Source of the DNA: Octopus sinensis
Lineage: Eukaryota
Length of the DNA stretch: 50,329 nt
NCBI RefSeq assembly: GCF_006345805.1
Contig: NW_021834334.1
Span: 1-50,329, forward strand
Direction of reading: 5' to 3'
A program made the translations under genes and the position numbers. Positions 35,765-48,880 of the stretch are shown piece by piece; position 1 is the stretch's first letter; every line of letters begins with the position of its first letter. The notes beneath the pieces were generated by a model. That model was not told the origin of the DNA, ran no database searches, and worked only from the letters and a program-made list of their open reading frames with translations.

Positions 35765-36140
35765 TTTAAAGATGGAAACAGTATTTCCCAATCGGTTTCG
35801 ACGACATTCACTATGATTATGTTTTTCTTGTTGTCAAAGCTGATGATATTATTGACGGTGGTGATAAGGATTTGGTCATGGCAATGAGAAAGAGGTCGAT
35901 TACGATGATGACAACGACATCGATAATAATGATGACGATGATGATGATGAATGATGAAGAACGATCATGATCATGATGGTGACGACGATGAAGACAATGA
36001 CGATTTCATAATCACTCACGATAACGATGATGATAACGTTGATCATTATGGTGATGATGATGATCCTGTTTGTCATGATCATGATCATGATGATGACTGC
36101 GATGATGACGATGACAATGCCATGATCACTGATGTTGACA

Positions 36141-36173
<33 letters not shown>

Positions 36174-36429
36174 GTGACCGTGACAATCACGATGATGATG
36201 ACTACATCAAAGACGATAACATCGACGATGTTGAGGAGGACTGATATCGTAACGATATCCTTGTATAAGAGAGAGAATACTAGATATAAAAAAAAATTTT
36301 TAAAAACTTGCAAACATGTACCTGAGGATTGAGTGAATGCACCAGACGTGTTATAAAATTACGTTTGATCTGTTTTCCTCGCATGAAACTATTAGTAGCT
36401 CATGAAAATATATATTATGTTCATTATAA

Positions 36430-36563
36430 TCTCTCTGTCTGTCTGTCTCTGTCTCTCTATCTATCTATCTATCGATCTGTTTGTTTGTTTGTCTGCTCGT
36501 CCATCCATCCGTCCGTCCGCCTGTCCGTCCGTCCGCCTGTCCGTCCGTCCGTCCGTCCGTCCG

Positions 36564-36622
<59 letters not shown>

Positions 36623-36643
36623 GTCGATCTCTCTGTCTGTCGA

Positions 36644-36734
<91 letters not shown>

Positions 36735-36763
36735 GTCGATCTCTCTGTCTGTCGATCTGTCTG

Positions 36764-36860
<97 letters not shown>
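36430..36860. repeat. (TCTA)n/(CCGT)n/(TCTG)n compound microsatellite with an internal ~112-bp duplication
   Basis: TCTGTCGATCTCTCTGTCTGTCGATCTGTC occurs twice. Confidence 0.9.
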
Positions 36861-38295
36861 ACTGAGAGATAGGAATAGATACACATACTTTCATCATATG
36901 TTGTGTGTATATATGTATAAACTGAAACGCTTTATCATCAGAGAAATTCTATTGTGTTAAATCATTCAACTATCCCGAGCCCCCCACCTCACCCTCCAAA
37001 ATTTCACGGTCCCCCACCCCTTTCACAAGAAAACAAAGCAAAAAAAAGCTTCCTCTCACCACAATCATCCCAGCACAAACCAGAAGCCATTGCTACGCAA
37101 ACATCCCGAGTAAACAACCTGATGGCTTTGCTATTATGTTTAGTAAACTTTTTGTTCTTTTTCTGTCGAGCAACACCAAGACCATCTGGCCTTATTGGTT
37201 TCTTTGACCGTTTTGTTTCATATCTTTTCGTTTTATTTTTCCTTTCTTATATCCTCGCCTCCTCCCCACTGGCTTTCATTCATTCATTTATATTTTGTCG
37301 TTCCATGTTTTTTTTTTGTTTTTGTTTTCATATTTCTTTCTTTTTATTCTTAGGTAGCCATTGTTTTTTCCGCTGTTTATGTTTTTCTTTATTTCTATAA
37401 TCACCCTTTCATCCTTTATTCTTACCTTTCTGCTCCCTTAGAAGTCTAATCTCTCCTTGTTTGTTTGTTTCTTTCTTTCTTTATCCCGTCCGTCATTTTC
37501 TCATCTCCTTTATTCTCCTCCCTGTCGTCCATCTTTACTTCGCCGCTGTATATCTCACTAAAGAGACACCAATCTTTTGACTTTCTCTTTTAAAACTTTA
37601 CAATCTGTCACAAAATGCTTCAAACAAAGACTCCCACTCTCACGTTCTCTCTCTCACTGTATCTCCCTCTCCCTCTCTCAATCTCCCCCATCTCTCTCTC
37701 TGATCACCTCACACTATTCCCAATGACACCCATACTGACTTTACAACCGAAACATCAGATCTCACCCTACCATCCTCACATTTGAAATTGTAACCTTTGA
37801 CATCGCTTAATCGCTTGCCACCAAATGTGGAGTTATTTCTCATTCTGTGGTTATCATTGTGGTTACTGTTATTAGGGTGGATTAACTTTGCGGCATTTAG
37901 CTATGTTGCTTTATGCCTTGAGATCGATTACAACCAAAGTCATCTTTGCTTTTTATTCCTCTAAGTTTCTATAAAATAAACCCCTGAGTACCAGCTAGAA
38001 TCAATATAATCAACTTTCCCTCCACATCCGCCCTCTATTAACTGTGTTAGATATTCATATCATAGTTATTCTAAGGCTAATGATGGACAGGTAGAATCGG
38101 TGAGGCAACGGGGTAAATATTGTACTGGGTTAGCAGAATTTATAGAAAAAAACTGAATGGGTGATGGGTTGGTAGAAGACTTGTATTTCAAAAAGAAGGG
38201 AAGGTAATCTCAAAAATCAATAACTCTCAAAACTTGATATGTCACTCAAGAAAAACAAAGGGAAAAGCAATCTATCTGGGGAAAAAATGCCAAGT

Positions 38296-38334
38296 GTGGA
38301 CACGTGTTTCGGCCTTAATAGACGTCATTATCGC
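38296..38334 (-). ncRNA. Degenerate minimal type I hammerhead relic
   Basis: Minus strand GCG-ATAATGA-CGTCT ATTA AGGCC-GAAA-CACGTG-TC-CAC: palindromic stem III ACACGTGT and GUC site; the core has 2 changes from CUGAUGA. Confidence 0.4.
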
Positions 38335-38714
38335 TGCTGATATACATGTGTATATGCGTTTGTGCATATTTATATGAATATAAACGCATAATATGTATGC
38401 GCATAATATACGCATGATATCATACATATACGCATAATATCATACCTATAAATGGTAGTACACACACACACACACACACACAAACACACATACAGGCGCA
38501 AACATATACAAACACACATACATAAATGTACCCATACAAATATACTAGCACAAATCAAATCACAGATGTTAAAATGTATACCTATCCATATACTGACCTG
38601 ACACATATTAAAAAGTTTATCACGCTCAACCACATTACTGTATGCAAAGATCATCCACACCTCTATATGTATTTTTACAAACGTTCCATTCGTTTGTGTG
38701 TATTCGTCTATACA

Positions 38715-39355
38715 ATCTTTTATTCTTTTATTCGCTTACCTGTTTCAGTCAATTAACTGTGGCCATGCTGGTGCCCCGGCTTTTAGGCGAAGAAATCGAC
38801 CCTGGACTTATTCTTTGTAATCTTGGTGCTTCTTCTATCGGTCTCTTCTGCCGAGCCGCTACGTTACCGGGACGTAAACACACTAACATCAGTTGTTAAG
38901 CGATGGTGGTGGTGGTGGTGGGGGACAAACACAGACATAAACACACACTCACATAAATATATACATATTTATTTTTTTTATTCTTTTATTTGTTTCAGTC
39001 ATTTGACTGTGGCCATGTTGGAGCACCACCTTTAGTCGAACAAATCGATCCCAGAACGTATTCTTTCTAAGCCTAGTACTTATTCTATCGGTCTTTTACC
39101 GAACCGCTAATTTACGGGGACGTGAGCACACCAACATCGGTTGTAAAGCGATGGTGAGGGACAAATACAGACACACAGACAAATGTGTGTGCATATATAT
39201 ATACAACGAGCTTCTTTTAGTTTCGTTTTACCAAATCCACTCACAAGGCTTTGGTCGGCTCGAGGCTATAGTAGAAGACACTTGCCCAAGGTGCCATGCA
39301 GAGGGACTGAACCCGGAATTATGTGGCTGGAACCATGTGGTTAGGAAGCCACGCC
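38715..39355 (-). mobile_element. Two adjacent SINE family A copies (3' half ~38715-38950; near full ~38979-39355)
   Basis: TGTTTCAGTCA..TGTGGCCATG(C/T)TGG tail occurs twice; one head at ~39230-39355. Confidence 0.88.
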
Positions 39356-39624
39356 AGGGTCCATATATATGCGTGTGTATGTGAGTGTGTGTGCTTGTGT
39401 GTGCATGCTTGTATATGTTTGTGTTTGTGCGTGTACCTCTATGCATGTATGTGTTTGTGTCCACTACGTATGGTAGCGTACAAATAGGCGCACTCAAATA
39501 AACTCCTACTTATTACATACCCATACATACCCTCAAATGAGCATCAATATATATTTATGTATAGAAATCTAATTTTAATTCAATTGTAAAGCCCAACCCC
39601 TTCAAATAAAACACTCAAAACCAG

Positions 39625-39714
39625 CCAGCCACCCTGCCAGCCACCCTGCCAGCCACCCTGCCAGCCACCCTGCCAGCCATCCTGCCAGCCACCCTGCCAG
39701 CCACCCTGCCAGCC
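39625..39714. repeat. 12-bp (CCAGCCACCCTG)n minisatellite, ~7.5 copies
   Basis: Read directly from sequence. Confidence 0.95.
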
Positions 39715-39853
39715 AGCAGACGTATTTATCGTCCATCTGTCAATTTATATCAAACATACAATACCAAACAATATTATTCTTCCTTTTATCACAATCTGTT
39801 CATTTATAGATTTGGTATCTCATTATCTCTTTCTCTCTCTCTCTCTCTCATTA

Positions 39854-39884
<31 letters not shown>

Positions 39885-39956
39885 ATATACACTCATGTAT
39901 ACGCACACATATACACTTACACACACACACACACACACACATATATATGTATGTCT

Positions 39957-40051
39957 GCGCAGGAGTGTGGTAAGAAGCTTGCTTCTCAACGACATGGTTC
40001 CAGGTTCAGCCCTACAGCGCGGCACCTTGGGCAAACGTCTTCCACTATAGC
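39957..40051 (+). mobile_element. SINE family A head fragment
   Basis: GCGCAGGAGTGTGGTAAGAAGCTTGC..GGCACCTTGGGCAAACGTCTT. Confidence 0.8.
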
Positions 40052-40229
40052 TTCCTTTGAAAAAATAGTTTATACTCCATGTACTCGTACTTCGTATATT
40101 TTTGTTGTACACGTTACATGATATATTGTGCCAACATTTGCATATGTATATACGTATAGATGTATGTACATATACGTATGTATATATATATTATATATAT
40201 ATTAGATATATATTTGTATGTATATATAT

Positions 40230-40294
<65 letters not shown>

Positions 40295-40295
<1 letters not shown>

Positions 40296-40602
40296 GAGGC
40301 GCAATGGCCCAGTAGTTAGGGCAGCGGACTCGCGGTCGTAGGATCGCGGTTTCGATTCCCAGACCGGGCGTTGTGAGTGTTTATTGAGTGAAAACAGCCA
40401 AAGCTCCACGAGGCTCCGGCAGGGGGTGGTGGCCGTCCCTGCTGTACTCTTTCGTCACAACTTTCTCTCACTCTTTCTTCTGTTGGCCTACTCGCTTAGC
40501 CAGCGGGTTGGCGTCATTTGAAAGCTAAAACAAGGCGAAGCGCATTGTGACCAGCGATATGTAACAACATCTGATAGCCTGGTCGGTCACGTGATCACGT
40601 GA
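40295..40602 (+). mobile_element. tRNA-derived SINE family C, apparently full length
   Basis: A box TGGCCCAGTAGTTAGG, B box GGTTTCGATTCCC, CORE-like start, ends (TCACGTGA)2; lies between (TG)n and (TA)n. Confidence 0.8.
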
Positions 40603-40646
40603 TATATATATATATATATATAGTTGAAATTTACAGAAAAACACAA

Positions 40647-40725
40647 GCAGGTGTATTAGTTTGATGCTCGGGAAAGTGAGAAAGTCTTACGTTTCGAGGC
40701 TACGCTCTTCAATAGAAAAGAATAA
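40647..40725 (-). mobile_element. Penelope pLTR-like fragment with degenerate hammerhead motif
   Basis: Minus strand TCTTTTCTATTGAA-GAGC GTAG CCTC-GAAA-CGT-A-AGA; homologous to 24655-24738. Confidence 0.55.
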
Positions 40726-40769
40726 AAGAAAATAAACAGATAGAGAATCAAAAAAACTTGTGGATTTAC

Positions 40770-40815
<46 letters not shown>

Positions 40816-41721
40816 GTCTGTCTATCTATCTAGTTAGCTATCTATCCATCTATCTATCTGCATATATATATATGTGCATATTTACTTACGCTCCCGCACT
40901 CACACAGAAATGAGCAAATTAACAGAACCTAAGGATGATGTTTTTAGAAAGCAAGAATCATAATTGTGACGATGATGATGATAATAATGAACACCAGGAA
41001 ACTGAAAAGGAAAAAGAAATAAAGACAAATTAGAAAATCATAGAAAAACACAACAAAAACACATCCAACAAAAACACATCAAACTACACAATCCATCACT
41101 TTTTAATATTCCTCACATTCTCCCGCCCTCTTAATAGAGAAAATCCTGAAATTTGTTACTCCTTCTCCGAACCATTTTTATGTCACCCCTGCCTTATAAT
41201 TCTGAACTAAATTACGCTTTTAAAATTCTTTCAAACACATTTATGGTAAAAAGATGAAATTTTTTGCAATGTTTAATTGTCATTTTCATCCGTTATAATA
41301 TTTTTGAAAAAAAAATGTGATAATTAATTAATAAATAAAATATTTCGGGATCGCTTTTCAATTTAAGCAATTAGTAATTTTTTAGTTTTTGAATATTTTT
41401 TCGTAAAAAAATATTTTAATAGTATTTTGTTCTTTTTGCCTGGTTTTGTCTAATTTAAAATTGATTTTTCGTTTTTCTTTGCATCTTAGCGTGTGATGAA
41501 AAAAAAATGAAAATTAATTGTATGTAAAAAATGGTTAATAAAATAACGAAAGGAAAATAAAAAAATAATATATTAAACAAAGAAATAAACCAAAGAAAGA
41601 TGATGTAACAAAAAATGACTACTTTGTGACATCTGCGGTTTTATCTGTTCACTCTGTATTGTAGTGCATGTGTGGTTTGTTATGCATGCGTGTGTTACGC
41701 ATATGTGTGTATGTGTATATA

Positions 41722-42614
41722 TTGGGTCATCCTATAAATAATGCGGCTTTTTCAATTACATGAACTAAAAGTCGGAGAGGAACGGAATAAAATACCTGCA
41801 TCAACTTGTTATAAAAGCAGGTAGTAATTTTACCTGGTCCTTATTCTTAGTGCAAATTATTAAGAGTGCAGTTCCATTTTAACAGTTAATTTTTCAATGC
41901 TATAATTGAAGTGACAACGCAGCATATTAAGCATATATAACTTTATGAGTTCAATAAAGCCAACAACGCAAGTGCGAAAAATATTAATACAGTACATGAA
42001 GATTGGATAATAAGCATAAGCCAGTGTGAACGGTGGTTCCTGAAATTCTGAGCCGGAAACTACAGCCTAGAAGACGAGCCTCGTCCAGGAAGACCTGTAG
42101 AGCTTGACGATGACGTCCTGCAAACCCTGATGGAACAAAATCCCATCATAACTGCTGAATAAGTAGCAGAGAAGCTTGGATTTGGTCATTCAAACATACA
42201 TCAATACCTGCACTAGAACAAAAACGGTCATCTTTGATTCTAAGACGAAAGGTGTTCTTCCATCAGGATAAAGCTCGGCCACATAGAGCGAGGATGATAT
42301 TCCAAAGTCTGGAACAGTTTGAATGGGAAACGATGCTCCAACCACTATATTCACCAGGCATTGCCCAATCTGATTATCATTTATTCCGCAGTCTTCAAAA
42401 TCATTTGTACGGGAAAAAATTATGTAGACGAGGTTAGAACAGTACTGCGGAAATATTTTTCGTAATGGACAAGTGAATTTTGGAAGAGGGGCCTTGGAAG
42501 TCTACCAGGTAGATGGAAGAGCCTTGTAGAAAATGAAGGAGAGTATGTTTTAGGATTTATTTTGGAAAATAAAAGAAGTATAAAAGAAAACGCATTATTT
42601 ATGGGATGACCCTA
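41722..42614 (+). mobile_element. Internally deleted, inactive mariner (DD34D) transposon with TIRs and TA TSD
   Basis: TIR TTGGGTCATCCTATAAATAATGCG / CGCATTATTTATGGGATGACCCTA. Transposase remnants: RWFLKF*AGNYSLEDEPRPGRP, FHQDKARPH, YSPGIAQSDYHLFRSLQNHL, LPGRWKSLVENEGEY. The WVPHEL and first-Asp region is missing. Confidence 0.95.
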
Positions 42615-43151
42615 TACATATTTGCGTGTTTATGAGTATATATGTATGTGTGTGGTGTGTGTGTGTGTGTATGTGTGCATTGAAAAGCGACTATTTCGAA
42701 TGGGATGGCATAACGTTAAACGTTGCTTAATCCTACATATAAAATGATATATTATCAACTTCCAATCACGGACCGCAGCCGCATGGCTGAAACGAGGAAA
42801 AGAGTAAAAGAATAATATATATATTTTTAGTAATGATTATCATAATTAATGCAATTTATAATATTATATGCTTTTAAGTAGAGATGATATAGTATTTTAA
42901 ATATATTATTTTGCTATTTACCCATAGATAAATATATTTCTTTGGGTAAGTAGCATATTGTTATTATGTTAACATGTATTTTTAATAATATGAAAGAATA
43001 AAAGGTATATTTCTCATTTCACCATGAATTTTTTAAAGTATTTAAAAAAATATATTTTTTAAAATATTGCTCCTGGCATTTAAAAAAAAACTAATGCGTT
43101 AAGATATACTTACATTAAAATACTTAATGGCATATAAATAAATATATAAAT

Positions 43152-43359
43152 GCGCCCTTTTAAAGCCTAGCTACGTTCATGGGCCCGGTTTCCCGGTTTC
43201 TATGGCGTATGTGTTCCTCTGCTGGACGGGACGCCAGTCCATCGCAGCGTTACTCATTTTTGCCAGCTGAGTGGACTGGAGCAACGTGAAATGAAGTGTT
43301 TTGCTCAAGAACACAAAGCGTCGCCCGGTCCAGGAATCGAAACCACAATCTTACGATCC
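43152..43359 (-). mobile_element. 5'-truncated CORE-type SINE family D with degenerate 19-bp TSD
   Basis: Minus strand GGTTTCGATTCC..GTGTTCTTGAGCAAAACACTTCATTTCAC..CACTCAGCTGGCAAAAATGAGTA..GATGGACTGGCGTCCCGTCCAG; ACTTAAT(GGC/AGT)ATATAAATA at 43122-43140 and 43362-43380. Confidence 0.85.
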
Positions 43360-43994
43360 ACACTTAATAGTATATAAATATATTTTATGACTGTTATATT
43401 AGTATATTCTTCATATTTTAATTTTTATTTCTTATCTTTGTTTTTGTTTTTAATTATTGACGCTACGCTTGAAAACATAAACATATTTAAAGTCAGTCTT
43501 TTCTTGGATCTGTGAATCCTCATATATGAAAAAATTACTCTGAAGAGATTCTTACCCACAAACAATGGCTTTTTATAATTTTATTATGAGTAAGAATCGA
43601 AACTATTGTATGTGATTTGTATTTAATATTTATTATTTATTATATTATATTACTATAAGAATAATAATATAATATATATAATATAATATAATATAATATA
43701 ATATAATATAATATAATATTATGTTAATAAATTTTAATTTTTGAACTGATAATTGTATATCTCCATTTTCTTTTCATTTTTATAAATTTAATATATATAC
43801 CCATGTAATTTGTAAAGTTTTTGTCTATAAAATTGGGTATTTAACGGTGGAGCCATTGAAAGATTGGATATTTTCATTCCTGTTTTCTTTGTATATTGTG
43901 TGTATGTATATATATATATATATATACAGAGAAAGAGAGAGGGAGAGGGGGAAGGATAGATAGATAAATAGAAAGAAAGATAGATACACAAATT

Positions 43995-44033
<39 letters not shown>

Positions 44034-44048
44034 TACATGCATATATAT

Positions 44049-44080
<32 letters not shown>

Positions 44081-44154
44081 ATATGTGTGTGTGTGTGTAT
44101 ACATATACACACATACATATATGTATATATACATGCGAGCGTGCGTGTGTGTGT

Positions 44155-44375
44155 GGATTGGAAGAATGGTTAGACCGTCAGATAAAATTCTTTACAGCAT
44201 TTAGTCCGGTTGTCTCAAATCGTTGTTCAAATCCCGCTGAAGTCTTCTTTGACTTTCGTTGCCTTTCATCCTTCCGGGGTTGATAAAGTATAGTATATAT
44301 AATGATGTTAATTCCATCGACTTACCCTCACAGCTCAAAATTAATGGTCTTGTGCCTACGTCAAAAACAATAACA
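44155..44375 (+). mobile_element. Old SINE family B
   Basis: GTTCAAATCCCGCTGAAGTC..GCCTTTCATCCTTCCGGGGTTGATAAA..GGTCTTGTGCCTA. Confidence 0.7.
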
Positions 44376-44537
44376 CTGGTTTTGAAAATTGTTTTTGCTC
44401 TAAAGCAAGGGTATGAATAGGTGTTTTCTGCTAATTTTTATGAACAGTTTTGTTCTATCACCTCTAGTTTATTTGCTTTCACATATCCCATCTTAATTAT
44501 ACTGCATATAAATTCAGAGTATAAACGAAATATAAAT

Positions 44538-44697
44538 ATACGACGGGCTGCTTTCAGTTTCTGTCTGCCAAATCCACTCAGAAGGCTTTGGTCGGCCCGA
44601 GGCTATAGAAGAACACACCTCCCCGAAGTGTCACACAGGGAGACTGAACCCGGAACCATGTAATTGAGAAGTAAGCTTCTTACTACACAGCTGCGCC
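44538..44697 (-). mobile_element. SINE family A, 5' half
   Basis: CGACGGGCTGCTTTCAGTTT..GACTGAACCCGGAACCATGT..TACTACACAGC. Confidence 0.85.
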
Positions 44698-44699
44698 TT

Positions 44700-44990
44700 T
44701 CCACACAACCAGGTCTGTACGTATTTTCTTTAGAATATCTTCATCGATTATGTACATTATCAGAATCCTTATTCATCGTTAGTGGAACACATTTATCTTT
44801 TCTGCCGATTTTCTCGGTGCTCTTCCATGTCCCACTAGCATAGTGCACTGTTGGTTGAACTATGCTATTATAAAACTGGATCTTTGCGTGTAGGCTGACA
44901 TTGTTAGAAGACCAGGTAGCGGACATTCTTTTCAAAACGGCCAACGATACGCCATAATTGACGTTAGTCTCAATATCGCCATTGTTGTAA
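44700..44990 (-). mobile_element. RTE-clade LINE fragment (post-RT region)
   Basis: ORF 44741..44944 LKRMSATWSSNNVSLHAKIQFYNSIVQPTVHYASGTW resembles the RTE motif WxSxxISLxTKIRLYNSxVxPTLLYxSETW. Confidence 0.75.
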
Positions 44991-45225
44991 GCTAAATTCA
45001 GCTTCCAGCGAAATAGCCTAATTTGTTTTTTATTCTCCTAGGGATCAATAAATAAGGGAGCAATTAAATACTTAGTCGATACAATAGGAAATCAAGCGCT
45101 GAGTCGATAAGATAAGGGAGCAGCGATGTACTGAGCGTCATATAATCAATGCTTACATTCAACAAATAGACATGATTTGGCGTCAAGTTTAGACAGCAAT
45201 ATTAGAAAAGAATTAAGGCATCGAC

Positions 45226-45605
45226 CTAGCAGAAACGCTAGCACGCCGAGCGAAATGCTTAGCGGTATTTCGTCTGCCGCTACATTCCGAGTTCAAATTC
45301 CGCCGAGGTCGACTTTGCCTTTCATCCATTCGGGGTCGATTAAATAAGTACCAGTTACGCACTGGGATCGATATAATCGACTTAATCCGTTTGTCTGTCT
45401 TTGTTTGTCCTCTCTGTGTTTAGCCCCTTGTGGGTATTTCGTCTGCTGCTACGTTCTGTGTTCAAATTCCACCGAGGTCAACTTTGCCTTTCATCCTTTC
45501 GGGGTCGATAAATTAAGTTTCAGTTGAGTACTGGGGCCGATCTAATTGACTGCCATCCCTCCCTAAAAAATTCAGGCCTTGTGCCTAGAATAGAAAAGAA
45601 TATTA
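45226..45605 (+). mobile_element. Head-to-tail fusion of two SINE family B copies (junction ~45434)
   Basis: First copy ends at CCCCTTGTGG, then GTATTTCGTCTG restarts a 5'-truncated copy with a different tail (GGCCTTGTGCCTAGAATAGAAAAGAAT). Confidence 0.88.
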
Positions 45606-45622
45606 GAAAAAAGAATTATTGT

Positions 45623-45660
<38 letters not shown>

Positions 45661-45662
<2 letters not shown>

Positions 45663-45873
45663 GTTTCAAATTTTGGCACAAGACCAGCAATTTAGGAGGA
45701 ATGGGTAAGTCAATTATATGGACCCCAGCGTTTAACTGGTACTTATTTTATAGACTCCGAAAGGATGAAAGGTAAAGTCGACTTCGAGAGAATTTGAACT
45801 TAGAACGTAAAGACGGACGAAATACCACTATGTATTCTACCGGCTATACTAACAATTCTGTCAGCTCGTCGCT
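45661..45873 (-). mobile_element. SINE family B, diverged
   Basis: GAAAGGATGAAAGGTAAAGTCGAC..GAATTTGAACT..CAGCTCGTCGC is the reverse complement of the family body and head. Confidence 0.85.
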
Positions 45874-45876
45874 TCA

Positions 45877-45938
<62 letters not shown>

Positions 45939-47220
45939 TAGTAGTAGTTCTTCTTCTGTTGTTGTTGTTGTGGCTGGTGTTGTTGTTGTTGTTGTTCTTC
46001 TTCTTCTTCTTGAATAAAAACAAAATCTTCAAAATCTGGTATTTATTTATATGATTATGCATTTACTGAGCCGTTATCAACTCACATACATACAGAAACG
46101 CGCATTCACACACGCACACGTGCACGCACTCGCATACGCACACACACACACATCATATATGTGCGTGTTATATGTGTTTGTGTGTGTGTATATTTATATA
46201 TGTGTATATACAAACACACATCGGGATTTATTGAATACTGTACAAGATGACTTCTTGAGTTATTGGCATAATCCCTACTTTCAGAGAAACAAGAACAACC
46301 ACTGCCGAATAATAAGGATTAATTCCAAGTGGGGAAAAATCAGATTGTCTCAAGACTGAAGATCTCCCTAAAATTGATGAGCCATTAATAAAAAGAGAGC
46401 CTAGTTGCCTGGAGAGAAGGGACAGCTGTGAACACAGTTTCTAACGTAACAATCGTCATCAGCACAATAGTTGTTCTACTCTTTCTTTGTTATAGCCTCA
46501 AGGGCTCAAATAGTAGCTGCTCTACTATATCACCCGGAGAACAAAGTAGATATATGTAAAAACTACAGTAGAGAACATTTATGGTCAACGTAATTTGCAA
46601 TAAAAGAAATGAAACTGAACCGAGAGAAATATCTCAGAGTAGCTATGAGCATGTATTAAAGTGAAAAATAAAAAAGACATTTAAGGCATATTAAATATTT
46701 TACATGATAAATTCATAATTATCTTTGTTCTCTTAGATGATGACGTTGGTCTTTGAGCTAATTGTACTTAGGCAGTCATTGCATTTTAAGTCTAATGCCG
46801 CTTTGCATACATGCTAATGTACAAGAGACATCTACAAACAGATCGACAAAAGATACCTACAAACACATCTACAGCCAACATCGACTCAAGCGTGTAAACA
46901 TACTCATATGCGCACACACTAACACATACACGCACGTACGCACATATAGGCTCAGACGGAATCACTAACACGCTCATATAGATACACAGGTTTATTGACA
47001 GAGACTTCGAAATTTAGCCGAGGTGGAAGTTTATTCAGTTCTCAATACACCATATCCAAGGTAAAGTGTAGGATAAGCTACAAATAAAATAATTCATCCG
47101 CTTGTATGTCTGTCTGTATGTTTGTCTGTTTGTCTCTGTGTATATATCTATGTATGTATGTATGTATGTATGCGTATATTAGACTCTACAGACACATTGG
47201 AGGCTTTATTCAATGTTTAT

Positions 47221-47692
47221 ACTCTTTTACTTGTTTCAGTCATTTCACTGCGGCCATGCTGGAGCACTGCCTTTAGTCGAGAAAATCAGGACTTATTCTT
47301 TGTAAGGACCCCAGGACTTATTCTTTGTAAGCATAGTACTTATTCAATCGGTCTCTTATGCCGAACTGCTAAGTTACTGGAACGTAAACACACCAGCATC
47401 AGTTGTCAGGCGATGTTGGGGGGACAAACACAGATACACAAACATACACACACGCACACACAAACACACTCACACACACACGCATGTATATACACATATA
47501 TACAACGGGCTTCTTTCAGTTTCCGTCTACCAAATCCACTCGCAAGGCTTTGGTCCGACCGAGACTATAGTGCAAGATACTTGCCCAAGATACCACGCAG
47601 TGGGACTGAACCCGGAACCATGTGGTTGGTAAGCAAGCTACTTACCACACAGACACTCCTGCGCCTACTTACCACACAGTCACTCCTGCGCC
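47221..47692 (-). mobile_element. SINE family A, full length, with 27-bp 5'-terminal duplication
   Basis: CTACTTACCACACAG(A/T)CACTCCTGCGC at 47638-47664 and 47665-47691; internal CAGGACTTATTCTTTGTAAG duplication. Confidence 0.92.
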
Positions 47693-48848
47693 TATATCTA
47701 AAATCATTAATTTTTAACCATACATATAGACATATTTATAGATATAAATGCATATATACATGCGTACATGCGCATATATGCTCACACAAATACACATATA
47801 TAAAGGGACATACACACATCTAGTCACACACCCACACAAACACATATGAAAGCATAGATAGATATACATATATATACACACTTATAAGCATAATGACGAT
47901 GGCCTGAAATAGATATGAACTTTAATACATGAAAGAAATAAAATATTTAAACTGACATATACTAATATTATACTGACACACGCAAACATAAGACATACGT
48001 ACGCACAAGAACAGCTATACGCAGATATGCACATATAACACACATACACACATCCGCATATTCATTTACATCCATCTATCTATCAATCCACACGCACACA
48101 TACACGGACACATGCGTATACATTTGTGTGTGTGTGTGTGTGACATTAATACGAGTTCATTTGAAATCAGGAACCAAATACGGATAAACATGCGCATACA
48201 GAAACGTACGCGCCACACATGCACAAACACATCCACACACCCACACATATTCTACCAGACAAACAACAAACACAGTCAAGAATACATTGGAATACAGGCG
48301 TATATACATATATACATCTTTTCAGTTGTTTCATTAGAGAGATGATCCATTATACAGGGTGATCATATTGCAAGCGCTAATTAATCGAACAACCTCTATG
48401 TGTCTCATTACTAGACGCGCTCCAACAAAATGGCGGATTTTCGTTTTTCCAATAGAGTTATGTTGGCATAGATTTTTGTAAGCGTTTGAAAATAATCAAC
48501 AGTGTTTTCATTTTTTTTGTTCTCATATTTGATTTTTACTGCATTTTTCTTTTTCGTTGTTTTTTCTTAGTTTCCCTAAACATCTGTCTTTGTCTTTCAA
48601 CACCTTGCCGTTGAGTTTGCTCTCGTATCAATCTGCATACTAAACTAAATATCCATAGTTCTCAGCTTGATTTTTGAGCTGCAAGAAGTCGTCAGAACAT
48701 CCATTGATTTATTTATTATTAATAATATATATATATATATATTATATATATATATAATATATATATACTTATATATATACATATATGTTTGTATGTAAGC
48801 ATGTATGTGGTGTATCTATCTAACTATATATATATATATAATATATAT

Positions 48849-48880
<32 letters not shown>

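Noticed and set aside
40295-40370. tRNA gene
   Set aside because: A and B boxes are present, but there is no complete acceptor stem and the sequence continues into a SINE body; treated as a SINE head, as for families A, B and D.
46230-46445. Possible exon (..EKSDCLKTEDLPKIDEPLIKREPSCLERRDSCEHSF*)
   Set aside because: In-frame stops lie immediately upstream, no convincing in-frame splice acceptor, and no recognisable homology.
47122-47823. 233-aa ORF and the many similar RASFSFRLPNPL / DGLLSVSVYQIHS ORFs
   Set aside because: Antisense translations of SINE family A.
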